From Candidatus Gottesmanbacteria bacterium (lineage in GTDB: Bacteria > Patescibacteriota > Microgenomatia > UBA10105 > UBA927): a stretch of DNA of 64,000 nucleotides. The stretch's first letter is position 1. The number at the start of each line of letters is the position of its first letter. The translations under genes and the position numbers were made by a program. This document shows positions 48,967 to 58,615 of this stretch, one piece after another. Location: contig CAVQFA010000004.1 of the NCBI GenBank assembly GCA_963711735.1, positions 4,872 to 68,871 of the forward strand, given 5' to 3'. The notes under the pieces are model-generated. The model was given only the letters and a program-made list of their open reading frames with translations, made no database searches and was not told where the DNA came from.

Positions 48967-51272
48967 ATCTTTGCAGATCTATATTTATTCATTATCAAAT
49001 ATAACGAACTAAGGATAATTGTAATTAAGCTCATTATGGTTCCGAAATAAAAATAAAGCTGTGGAGTATAATACAAAACGAATTGCGTATTGATACTTCC
49101 GTCGTGATTCACAGTATAGTAATCAGGTCCATAATTCTTTTTGATAAAATCCAAATCTATCATCCACGTATTGGTATGTGCATGGTTGGATTTGTGTGAT
49201 GAGTCAAAAATTGATTTTTGCCATAGATAAGACATTTCATTTACATCGAATAGTTTAGGTTCCTCTTTACATTCTCTGATACTATCGCCTACTATTGTGC
49301 TGCTGGAACACAATGGTGTAGTCTGATTTTTCTGTATAAATAGCTTCCAGCCCACATGATACGAATCATTAAAATTAAACGGTTGGGTAACGCTGATGTT
49401 CCGTATCTGTACTATATATTTAACGGAATTAATTTTTTTATAGAATAAATTTTGTGTCTCCAGTAAGCTATTCGGTTTTCTAGTCGAGTACAGTTCATAA
49501 TTTCCGTTTGAGCTGGTTAAAATTCTCTTATCAGTAATCTCATTTAAAAACGTGCTGTCCTGCATTTCCAGACTATCTTTATCGAATATCCAGGATTGAA
49601 GAACCTGTGAGGGTATATTTTTTGTTACTAATACGTAATTAATTGAATGATCGTGTAAAATTTTTTTAATTCCGTCATATTTTCTTTCTTCTATGAATGA
49701 GTTAAAAATATCTGCTTCTTTTGTTAAGTTGAAAGATAAAGATCCTGAAATATCATTTACACCGCTGAAGATTTTAACCGGTGAGGTGCCGACATATACG
49801 TTATTCAATCTTTCATCTTTTATAACTGTGTATGCAGCAGTACCGAAAGGAATACTCAGAATTGTGTTTGTAGATGATATAGTTGATTTAATTAAATTCA
49901 TAAAATCATAATATTCCTGAGGAATGGTAATTGTTTTGTATATGTTTTGTGTTGTCCATAAAGGGGAATTTACAGTTGATTTAACCGAAGAAAAATTAAT
50001 TACCATTACAAGTAACAATAGTAATAATATTTTCCGGTGAATTTTCGGATACTTCTTCTTAAATAGAACTAAACTGATCGTTAACAGAATAGCGTATAAA
50101 ATTACATAACCCGGAGCGAATTTGTCATAAAAATTACGAAACATAACAAATCCGGGAAGCCTACCTAAAAACAAAAACAGATATTCGAGCGGCCCTATGT
50201 TTACCGTAAAAAAATATATGGATAATAAAAACGACAAAAATATAAGTAAAAATTTACGTTTGTTATTTTTGTCCAAATATTTTTTATAGCTGAATATACC
50301 GGTTCCTAAAACGAAAATAAATATAGAATTTAATATAAAGGTTTTATCGTATAGTCTGATAAAATCTCCTTTCAGCATCCATTGAAAATCAAATGCAATT
50401 TGCCGGTGGAACAGATTCAACAGCGGATAAATAATATAACTTGTCGCTGTACTTATGACAGTGGGTGCAAAAGTATTGGTAAATACTCCTGACACAAATT
50501 TAAGAGACGTACTGTTTTCTTCTCGCGAAAAATACGGAGCTACAAAACCGACAATCCAAAAAGCCTGTGTGAAAGCAATCCACACAAAATATATCACTGA
50601 TTTTTTTATAAATCCTAATATTTCTTTTTTTGAGTAAAATATTACCATGACTAATACACCTAAACTCATTGGTAATAAAAACCCAAACAGCCAGGGCATC
50701 GCGTACAGTGCGAACGCAAAAAAGAACGAAACAATCACGCTTATAAAAATATATTTATAATTTGAGGTATTTAAATACCGTAAGTATAAATACCCTAAAG
50801 CCGGTATAATAAACAATAACCATACTGCAATGGGAAATACGAATAATTGGTTAATAATGATAATAGGAGATAAAATATAAAATAAACTTCCGATTAATAT
50901 CTCCGGATTAGAAGAATCATTTAACTGAAAAAGTTCTTTAATGAATTTTTGAAAAAATAGAAATCCGAGGATTAATGGTAAGGAAAAAGCAAAATAACTC
51001 AGAACGATCGTATTGACAATAATTTTACTTAGTAGAAACCAAACGTATAAAAAGGGTAACAGATACTGATTAGTGACGTTTGTTCCGATGGATGATACAT
51101 TATTCCAGGAAAAAAAAGAGACATTTTTAAAAAATTCTAAGGGATATGCATAAAATAATCTCGTATCGTCTCCGCCAATAAACATTTTTCCGCTAAATAG
51201 ATAGTAAGGTAACGCTAGGAATAAAATACAGATAAAAAAATTCAGTATAAAATAAATATTTATCTTCTTCAT
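48963..51272 (-). CDS. YfhO-like GT-C membrane protein (multi-TM core + ~300-aa extracytoplasmic domain + C-terminal TM)
   Basis: 769 aa. The architecture matches YfhO/GT-C glycosylation enzymes. GC content is very low. Confidence 0.45.
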   Translation of the reverse strand: MKKINIYFILNFFICILFLALPYYLFSGKMFIGGDDTRLFYAYPLEFFKNVSFFSWNNVSSIGTNVTNQYLLPFLYVWFLLSKIIVNTIVLSYFAFSLPLILGFLFFQKFIKELFQLNDSSNPEILIGSLFYILSPIIIINQLFVFPIAVWLLFIIPALGYLYLRYLNTSNYKYIFISVIVSFFFAFALYAMPWLFGFLLPMSLGVLVMVIFYSKKEILGFIKKSVIYFVWIAFTQAFWIVGFVAPYFSREENSTSLKFVSGVFTNTFAPTVISTATSYIIYPLLNLFHRQIAFDFQWMLKGDFIRLYDKTFILNSIFIFVLGTGIFSYKKYLDKNNKRKFLLIFLSFLLSIYFFTVNIGPLEYLFLFLGRLPGFVMFRNFYDKFAPGYVILYAILLTISLVLFKKKYPKIHRKILLLLLLVMVINFSSVKSTVNSPLWTTQNIYKTITIPQEYYDFMNLIKSTISSTNTILSIPFGTAAYTVIKDERLNNVYVGTSPVKIFSGVNDISGSLSFNLTKEADIFNSFIEERKYDGIKKILHDHSINYVLVTKNIPSQVLQSWIFDKDSLEMQDSTFLNEITDKRILTSSNGNYELYSTRKPNSLLETQNLFYKKINSVKYIVQIRNISVTQPFNFNDSYHVGWKLFIQKNQTTPLCSSSTIVGDSIRECKEEPKLFDVNEMSYLWQKSIFDSSHKSNHAHTNTWMIDLDFIKKNYGPDYYTVNHDGSINTQFVLYYTPQLYFYFGTIMSLITIILSSLYLIMNKYRSAKI

Positions 51273-52256
51273 ACTGAGTCGGCATGTAACGGATTCTTAT
51301 TTTTGACTAAATAAAATCCGTCAATATTGCCCTTAAGGTATTGAAGCACTAACTGTACCCTCTGTTTTAACGCGAACTTACCGATTCCCGAATAAAATAT
51401 GATTTTATACATGTAATAAAGGGTAAACACCCATATCCAGATACATATTATTAAGATATATTGTATCCTGTTTGAATATAGTGAGTGAAAAAGAATCCTG
51501 TTTCGTGCAAATACGTATGGTCTCCGAATATTATTCATCACGTGATACATATAATCTGATTTACTCTTGCCCATCACTTGACTTTCAATGTCGTGATATA
51601 TTCGTGCTTTTCTGACAACCCGGACAGAATATCCGGCGTTACGGATCCTGTAGGCGAAATCACTTTCTTCATACATAATTTCAAATTTTGTGCTGAAAAA
51701 GATACTATTTTCCTTTATGACACTTGCCCTGACCATAAACGCGTTCGGAGCATCAGCAGTATCCCATATATTTTTACCTCTAAATTCTGTTAAAAGATCT
51801 GGGTTGATATGTTCTGGAAGTTGCCATATTACGCTTTGTACATACCCATAATAGTTTTTTCTTATCCGCATAACTATAATTTACCAATCCTAATTCCCCT
51901 GTTTGTTCATTCCCCTCAAACACTGATACCAGACTATTTATCGAGTCCTTCTCAATGACATTATCATCATCTATAAAAAATATATATTTACCCTTTGAAC
52001 TTTTTATGCCTAAATTTCTCGATCCTGCCGTATATAGTTTGCGTTTATTTCTGATTACTTTGAGATTTTTAAGCGATGGAAATTCTGTGAGTATGCCTTT
52101 ATATGTTTGATCGCTTGACATATCGTCAATGACAATTATTTCCAAATCCTTATAGGTATTCTTAACAATACTCCGCAATAATCTCAAAACCATAAATGAT
52201 CGGTTATATGTAGGAATGACTATTGAAACCAGTGGATTTTGTTTATTTATTGGCAT
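51269..52256 (-). pseudogene. GT2 glycosyltransferase split by a +/-1 frameshift at a T6/A6 homopolymer (51855-51860)
   Basis: N-terminal half 51780-52256 (VSIVIPTYN ... DDMSSD ... FIDDDN) and C-terminal half 51269-51871 overlap in different frames. Removing one A from AAGAAAAAAC restores a continuous GT2. Confidence 0.6.
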
Positions 52257-53237
52257 TTATTGCCGGCTAAAAGAATAATTTTTATGAATAATGTAAATAA
52301 CAATTGCACTAATGCTCGATAGTGCGGAAATCATACATAAAAGAGGGTGAAATATCCACACGATATCCCGGTCCCGTACTATACCGTAAATAGCCCGGAA
52401 CAACGGGAAGATAAAACTCAATGAATATAGCGGCCATATCTTTACTTTAAAATTCTGGTATTTGGATAAATATTCAGTTCTATATGCAATACCGTATTTT
52501 TTCCCCTGAATTGCGTTTACACTGGCCCACCCCTGCTTTTTCATAAAATGTTTCAGGTTCCGAACCGTATGATGATAAAGCCTGACAGAATGAACAAATG
52601 CAACTTCTTTGTGGGACTTCAACAGTTCCAGAACGGGTATAACGTCGTCAAATGCATGTTGTTTTTTTCTGGTAAAACCGATCCTGACGGTAAACCCCTG
52701 GGCTACAGCTATAAGCGGTCTGTCGGGTTTGGAATCATAGTCATACACATCATAGAGACTGTTCGTTTCCAATGTACTGTATACGCGCTTAAACGTTCTT
52801 CCGTTTGCAGAATATCCGTACACAAAATGGTTAAACGGATCCGTGAATGTGTTGATATATCTGGTAAATACGGTATCTTCTTTATCACTAGACTGCATGG
52901 GAAATGCAGCTGCAATATCATTGTCATCAAAGACACTGATCATTTTCCGGATCGAATCCCTGTCTTTGAATATATTATCAGCAGCAAGAACCATCAACAG
53001 TTGCCCTTTTGCATGTTTTATCCCCAAATTCACCCCCGGATCTGCCAGAATATAGGGATTATGAATAACGCGTACGTTATAATTCTTAACTAATTCCAAC
53101 GTTTTATCAGTTGATCCCCCGTCGATTATTAAAATCTCCATCTTTTTGTAATCAAAATCCTGATTCTTAATAGTTTCCAAAAAAGATACGATATCTTTTT
53201 GATTATTTAAAGTTGGAGTGATTATTGATAATTTCAT
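52257..53237 (-). CDS. Glycosyltransferase family 2 with C-terminal TM helices (paralog of 61063-62076)
   Basis: LSIITPTLN ... ILIIDGGSTDKT ... C-terminal WIFHP and TM segments. Confidence 0.75.
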   Translation of the reverse strand: MKLSIITPTLNNQKDIVSFLETIKNQDFDYKKMEILIIDGGSTDKTLELVKNYNVRVIHNPYILADPGVNLGIKHAKGQLLMVLAADNIFKDRDSIRKMISVFDDNDIAAAFPMQSSDKEDTVFTRYINTFTDPFNHFVYGYSANGRTFKRVYSTLETNSLYDVYDYDSKPDRPLIAVAQGFTVRIGFTRKKQHAFDDVIPVLELLKSHKEVAFVHSVRLYHHTVRNLKHFMKKQGWASVNAIQGKKYGIAYRTEYLSKYQNFKVKIWPLYSLSFIFPLFRAIYGIVRDRDIVWIFHPLLCMISALSSISAIVIYIIHKNYSFSRQ

Positions 53238-53248
53238 GATGGTTCTTT

Positions 53249-54244
53249 CTATGAGATATGTAGGAATTCTAATAATAGTTGAAGTTTTCCTGATCCCGGA
53301 TACATTTTCCTAATTATGTCGATATCATTGACAACTCTATGCTCCTGGATCCATTTTCTCTTGATGAGTATCAGTTTTAAATACTTAATATTAAATAACC
53401 AACCGTTTATATATGTGAGTGATATTTTTGGTTTAAATATCAGCAGAAAAAAAATTATTTCCATAATATTCTGAAAAAAATATAAAGGAAGAATAACAAA
53501 CAAAGCCGGTGTCGAGTAATTTTTAATCAGCATTTGAGGTATGTTTCGATTTCTCCATAAAAAAGCGTTGTACTGAATACCCTTTCCGGTACTTCCCGCG
53601 CCAGCATGATATAGAGGTATATCCTTAGCGTAAGAAAAATTTTTTCCTAATAGATTTAACCTCCAAAACCAGTCCGTATCTTCGAAATACATAAAAAAGT
53701 TATCATCTAACCCTCTGGTCTCGTAATAGATTTTTTTGTCAGAAAATACACACACGCCGCTTAAATAAAAAACTCTATCGTTTCCATAATTAGTTGGTGT
53801 ATAAAAAGCCGGGCTTCCGAGAATATCTATAGTATTATTACACGGAAAGTTACTGCTCTTTTTATATGTGTAGGTTCTTGGTGATATTACGCTGTAATCT
53901 GATTTCTTATAAAATTTATAAAGTTTATAGATGAAATCCGTTTCTACCCATGTATCATTATTCATTAAAACAACATATTTACCTTTACTTTTTAAAATAC
54001 CCATATTGTTGGCTTTCGCAAAACCTGAATTTGTCGTATTTTGTATTATTTCAACTTTTGGGAAAAGCTGTTTTACTATTTCAACAGAATTATCTGTTGA
54101 TTTGTTATCAACTAATATAATTTCAATATTTTTATATGTTTGACTTATAAGTGACGTCAAACAACTGCGTAACCATCTTTTACCGTTCCAGTTGACAATG
54201 ATTATTGATATTAAATCGGTACTTCTAATGTTTGATGAATTCAT
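53249..54244 (-). CDS. Glycosyltransferase family 2
   Basis: ISIIIVNWN ... VDNKSTDNS ... DTD. 331 aa. Confidence 0.8.
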   Translation of the reverse strand: MNSSNIRSTDLISIIIVNWNGKRWLRSCLTSLISQTYKNIEIILVDNKSTDNSVEIVKQLFPKVEIIQNTTNSGFAKANNMGILKSKGKYVVLMNNDTWVETDFIYKLYKFYKKSDYSVISPRTYTYKKSSNFPCNNTIDILGSPAFYTPTNYGNDRVFYLSGVCVFSDKKIYYETRGLDDNFFMYFEDTDWFWRLNLLGKNFSYAKDIPLYHAGAGSTGKGIQYNAFLWRNRNIPQMLIKNYSTPALFVILPLYFFQNIMEIIFFLLIFKPKISLTYINGWLFNIKYLKLILIKRKWIQEHRVVNDIDIIRKMYPGSGKLQLLLEFLHIS

Positions 54245-54929
54245 AATATATGGATTTCGGTAAGATCATATTTCCGAAATAATTGATTACATAACCAGTA
54301 GGAATCGTAATAATCCAAATAGGAAAATACACCAAAGGAGTTCGTAATACGAGAGGCTCAAAATATAACGTAATACAATGAACAAATTTTGTATATATAT
54401 TATCTCTCCAGTTTCCGATACTAATTTGAGTTTTTGATTTCACTTTACGTTTAAAAAGATATATGAACTCTATATGTCGCAGAAAACCAGTAAACTTTTT
54501 CTTTAATAAAATGTAATTTCTTTTTTCCAATATTTTTTCTAACTCGTTATCCTTAAATATTCTAATGTGATGTATTTCTTTAAAGTATGAAGGTCTGATA
54601 TTAAGTAATAATTTTTCTGATTTACTGGCCGGAATATTAACAATTAATTTACCGTTTTTCTTTAATATTCTTGATATTTCGTTTAATACGTTATTAAGAT
54701 TATCAATGTGTTCTAATACATCCATGGCATAAATTTCATCAAAATATTGATCAGAAAAACTCATTTTCTCCGCATCCATAATTTCAAAAGATATCCATGG
54801 ATATCTTTTTTTTGAAGTTGAGATGGCTTCCTTAGATTTATCAATTCCGATTATTTTTAAGCTAGGATTTTTTGATAATAAAGAAGAATTGAAACCATTA
54901 CCACAACCGATTTCCAATATATTTTTCAT
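54225..54929 (-). CDS. Class I SAM-dependent methyltransferase
   Basis: ILEIGCGNGF motif I. Confidence 0.75.
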   Translation of the reverse strand: MKNILEIGCGNGFNSSLLSKNPSLKIIGIDKSKEAISTSKKRYPWISFEIMDAEKMSFSDQYFDEIYAMDVLEHIDNLNNVLNEISRILKKNGKLIVNIPASKSEKLLLNIRPSYFKEIHHIRIFKDNELEKILEKRNYILLKKKFTGFLRHIEFIYLFKRKVKSKTQISIGNWRDNIYTKFVHCITLYFEPLVLRTPLVYFPIWIITIPTGYVINYFGNMILPKSIYYEFIKH

Positions 54930-56020
54930 TATGAAATTGATTTTTCTATTATTTGAATAATTTTCTTAACATCGGAAAGGGATAGTGTGCTGTATAACGG
55001 AAGGCACAACACTCCTTCAGATACTTTTTGAGCGTTCGGATATGTCGTTACATTTACCCCATATGTTGCAAGAAACGGAAAAGATGAAATCAGAGGATAA
55101 AAATATTTTCTTGTTTTAATTCCTTTCAGAACCAATTGATCATAAATGTGATCCCGAAGTTTAGAAGATGAAAATACAACGGGCATATAACTATAGTTAT
55201 ACGATGATGCGATAATTGTCTGAAGCTGAATTTCTTTACACATCTTTAATGTCTCAGTGTAAGTTTCGTATAAACGTTTTCTTTTAGAAACATTTTGTTT
55301 AAATTCAGAAAGATTACATAATCCCATCGCTGCCTGAAATTCGTTCATTTTGCCATTAATACCTGCACATGTCGTTTCATACTCGGAAATGATCCCAAAA
55401 TTACGGAGTAGTTGCACATCGCGTGTCAACTTCTTTATTTTTGTAACAACTGCACCTCCTTCTATCGTATGATAGATTTTTGTGGCATGAAAACTGAGCG
55501 TAGAAGCATCTCCCCAGGAAAGAAGTGCTTTATTTCTATATTTAACGCCAAACGCGTGAGCTGCATCATAAATGACCGGAATACCATGACGTTTACCGAT
55601 ATCGTCAAGTTCTTCGACATGTGATGGATTGCCATATACGTGTACTGCAAGAATAGCTGAAGTATGTTTTGTAATTTTTCTTTCAACATCTTTCGGATCA
55701 ATAGAGAAAGTCAGCGGGTCAATATCGGCAAAGACAGGCCGCAACCCTTCCCAAATAATGGCATTTGTTGTTGCTACAAACGTAAAAGGTGTAGTGATAA
55801 CTTCACCTTTCAATTGAAGCGCGCGAAGAGCTAGTTGCAAAGCTATAGTACCGTTTGAAACGACAGAAAGATTATCAACTCCTAAAAATGACTGTAATTC
55901 TTGTTCTAATGTTTGTACATAAACTCCGTTATTAGTAAGAATGGAACTATCCCAGATTTTTTTAAGATACTTAGTGTATTTCGACAACGACGGCATTTCA
56001 CTTTTTGTTACGTATATCAT
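54929..56020 (-). CDS. DegT/DnrJ/EryC1/StrS family sugar aminotransferase
   Basis: 363 aa. The PLP lysine is present in SFHATKIYHTIEGG. Confidence 0.8.
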   Translation of the reverse strand: MIYVTKSEMPSLSKYTKYLKKIWDSSILTNNGVYVQTLEQELQSFLGVDNLSVVSNGTIALQLALRALQLKGEVITTPFTFVATTNAIIWEGLRPVFADIDPLTFSIDPKDVERKITKHTSAILAVHVYGNPSHVEELDDIGKRHGIPVIYDAAHAFGVKYRNKALLSWGDASTLSFHATKIYHTIEGGAVVTKIKKLTRDVQLLRNFGIISEYETTCAGINGKMNEFQAAMGLCNLSEFKQNVSKRKRLYETYTETLKMCKEIQLQTIIASSYNYSYMPVVFSSSKLRDHIYDQLVLKGIKTRKYFYPLISSFPFLATYGVNVTTYPNAQKVSEGVLCLPLYSTLSLSDVKKIIQIIEKSIS

Positions 56021-56024
56021 ATAT

Positions 56025-56687
56025 TTATTTAAGCAATGTAACCCAATCTTTAGCTGTTAAACGCCTGACCGGTCGTGCTGGTACTCCGTAAGAAAGATAT
56101 CCATCGGGAATATCTTTTGTTATGACAGATCCTGCACCTATAAAACAATTATTTCCGACTGATGTGTTCTGTATAATAGTAGTCCCCACCCCTACCCAAG
56201 TGTTGCTTCCTATATGCACATTACCGGCTATATGGACTCCGGGGGCTATATGACAAAAATTACCGATATGTACGTCGTGATTGATCGTTACACCTATATT
56301 TATAATTGTATGCTCCCCAATGGTACTATCACAGGTAGTTATAACTCCCTGACAAAGAGTGCTTCCGTTTCCGATTACGACGGATTTATGCAGCATACAC
56401 GAGGGATCTATTGCTGTTGTGAACGGCCTTCCGTCTGCCGTCAATTTTCCGATCCATATATTCTTTTTTGGAGATCCCATTCCTCCGATTAAAAACGATG
56501 TTCTAGGAATTCTCTCGAGAATTTCTTCACTATACACGGGATATCCGTATATTTCTTTTGCATGAGCTTCCCTTTGGATGATAAAACCTTTAATATTTGC
56601 GGTTTTTCCCATGGACTGCAATATGACACATAATTCTCTTGCCATTCCTCCCGCGCCTAAGATATATATAGGTCTTTGTCTATCCAT
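56025..56687 (-). CDS. PglD/NeuD-like sugar N-acetyltransferase (LbH)
   Basis: N-terminal Rossmann-like YILGAGGMAREL, then C-terminal hexapeptide repeats. Confidence 0.75.
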   Translation of the reverse strand: MDRQRPIYILGAGGMARELCVILQSMGKTANIKGFIIQREAHAKEIYGYPVYSEEILERIPRTSFLIGGMGSPKKNIWIGKLTADGRPFTTAIDPSCMLHKSVVIGNGSTLCQGVITTCDSTIGEHTIINIGVTINHDVHIGNFCHIAPGVHIAGNVHIGSNTWVGVGTTIIQNTSVGNNCFIGAGSVITKDIPDGYLSYGVPARPVRRLTAKDWVTLLK

Positions 56688-57546
56688 ATAGCTTGAAATA
56701 TAAGTAAAATATTCCTAAATATAATTTATAGATCAAAAATACTAAGTAAAGATGAAGATGGGACAACGTCATTTTCCATTTACCGTTTTCAAAAAACACT
56801 ACTAAATAACGATATAATACATTCATTTGTGTCCGCATGATATATGCATACATTTTGGAATCGCATTCTTGCCATTTTTTTTCATATAGTTGTAATCCCC
56901 GAAAATATTGCACTTTTTTCCTTACCGAAGAATCAATTCCAAGGAGTTCTTCGTGATGACATACCATTACCTTAACTGTACCTGTTTTTGCACCTATTGA
57001 TTTCAATTGTATTTCCATATCCCAATCAGCAGGACCGCTGGATAATAATATGTCATATTGATCAGGTGTTTTAAAAAACACTGTCCGTTTGATAATCCGG
57101 CAGGCACTTATCGGTGTTCCTGTGTATATTTGCTTTTCAAAACTTTTTACTTCACTCATAAGGTCTGTATTTCCTTCCGTAATTTCCGGAACTTGCCACG
57201 CATCAATACTACCGTTAGTTTCATTCACTTGTTTTCTGAATTGTGTAAAAAAATTGATAGGTAAATCCATGTCATGGTCAAAAAAATACAGATAATCTCC
57301 TTTTGCTTTCAAAGCTCCCGAATTTCTCTGTTCACATACCCTGGGAGGTATACCTCTTATATGAACTATCTTTGCCATGTACTTTCGAGCAATTTCTATT
57401 GTTTTATCTCCGGATTGATTGTCTGCAACAATTATTTCAATATCACCTTTCGGAAATATCATTTTTTTAATGCTTTGAAGACACGTATCCAGATGGTCGG
57501 AAGAATTTCTTGTAGGAATAATTATCGATAGAAATGGGGATTTCAT
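56680..57546 (-). CDS. Glycosyltransferase family 2
   Basis: LSIIIPTRN ... ADNQSGDKT ... DHD. 288 aa. Confidence 0.75.
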   Translation of the reverse strand: MKSPFLSIIIPTRNSSDHLDTCLQSIKKMIFPKGDIEIIVADNQSGDKTIEIARKYMAKIVHIRGIPPRVCEQRNSGALKAKGDYLYFFDHDMDLPINFFTQFRKQVNETNGSIDAWQVPEITEGNTDLMSEVKSFEKQIYTGTPISACRIIKRTVFFKTPDQYDILLSSGPADWDMEIQLKSIGAKTGTVKVMVCHHEELLGIDSSVRKKVQYFRGLQLYEKKWQECDSKMYAYIMRTQMNVLYRYLVVFFENGKWKMTLSHLHLYLVFLIYKLYLGIFYLYFKLYG

Positions 57547-57645
57547 ATATTCTGCTTAGTATTATACCCTATCAATATGCTCTACTGAAACAATGTACTG
57601 TGAAAATTTGTTTATAAAGTATCAGGTTACTTCAGTTTTCTGTGA

Positions 57646-58383
57646 TCATTTAGAGTAACTCCGATGAATCTCATTGTCTTCGAGTTTTCCTGAATTGATT
57701 TTTTTTAAACGGAGAAAAATATTCGTAAATCCGTTTGGTTTGCTGAATTCCTGATCTTGTTTTATGTCAAAATATTTTTTAAAAAAAATGGACCTTCTGA
57801 AAATCCATTTGGAAATATACATATTTAATGAGCTCAAAATTACCCACCACCCGCCGACTAAGCTGAAATTTATAACGGAAAATTTATTGTTAATAAAAGA
57901 ATATATATCCTTCATCTCATAATGACGATGACCGGTAAGCCAGTAGGCAGGGTCAAACAACGTATTAAAAAAAGATTTGTAAGGCGTTGATAAATAGCAA
58001 ATGCCGTTTTCTTTCAATATTCTCGCTATTTCTGAAAACATCACTTTTTCCGAAGCCTTTGGGATATGCTCTAAGACCTCCCAAGAAACAACTGTATCGA
58101 ACGTTGAATCTTTAAAAGGTAAATGAGTAGCATCTGCGATTACAAACTTAATAGAATTATCATGTATATAGCGCTTTGCTGTAAGCAAATCCGGTTTGGA
58201 TAATTCTGTACCTATTATGATTTGTATATTTTTACTTTTCGCATATATTTCAAACCAACCATAACCACATCCTATGTCCAGTACCTTTTTATTTCTAAGG
58301 TCGATATCTTTTACGTAAGATGTAACAAATTTTAAACGACCATGAAGCGGTTCATACGGTGTTTGGTATGTTATGTTTTTCAT
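57646..58383 (-). CDS. Class I SAM-dependent methyltransferase
   Basis: VLDIGCGYGW motif I. 245 aa. Confidence 0.7.
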   Translation of the reverse strand: MKNITYQTPYEPLHGRLKFVTSYVKDIDLRNKKVLDIGCGYGWFEIYAKSKNIQIIIGTELSKPDLLTAKRYIHDNSIKFVIADATHLPFKDSTFDTVVSWEVLEHIPKASEKVMFSEIARILKENGICYLSTPYKSFFNTLFDPAYWLTGHRHYEMKDIYSFINNKFSVINFSLVGGWWVILSSLNMYISKWIFRRSIFFKKYFDIKQDQEFSKPNGFTNIFLRLKKINSGKLEDNEIHRSYSK

Positions 58384-58615
58384 ATAGTAATGTTTCTTTA
58401 ATCAACACAAATAAAAGCGATATACGATACGTAAACAAGAAATTGCGTTGATATTTCATGAACTATGAAAAAAGGGAAAATAACGAAAAGAATTATTTTA
58501 TGTAAATACAATTATAACTAAGTATATATTTCTTTTATCAATCAAACATATCAGATACTGAAGTAGAATTCCAGTTGTATATTTTAAAGGAGAATAACGT
58601 GTAACAATATCACGT

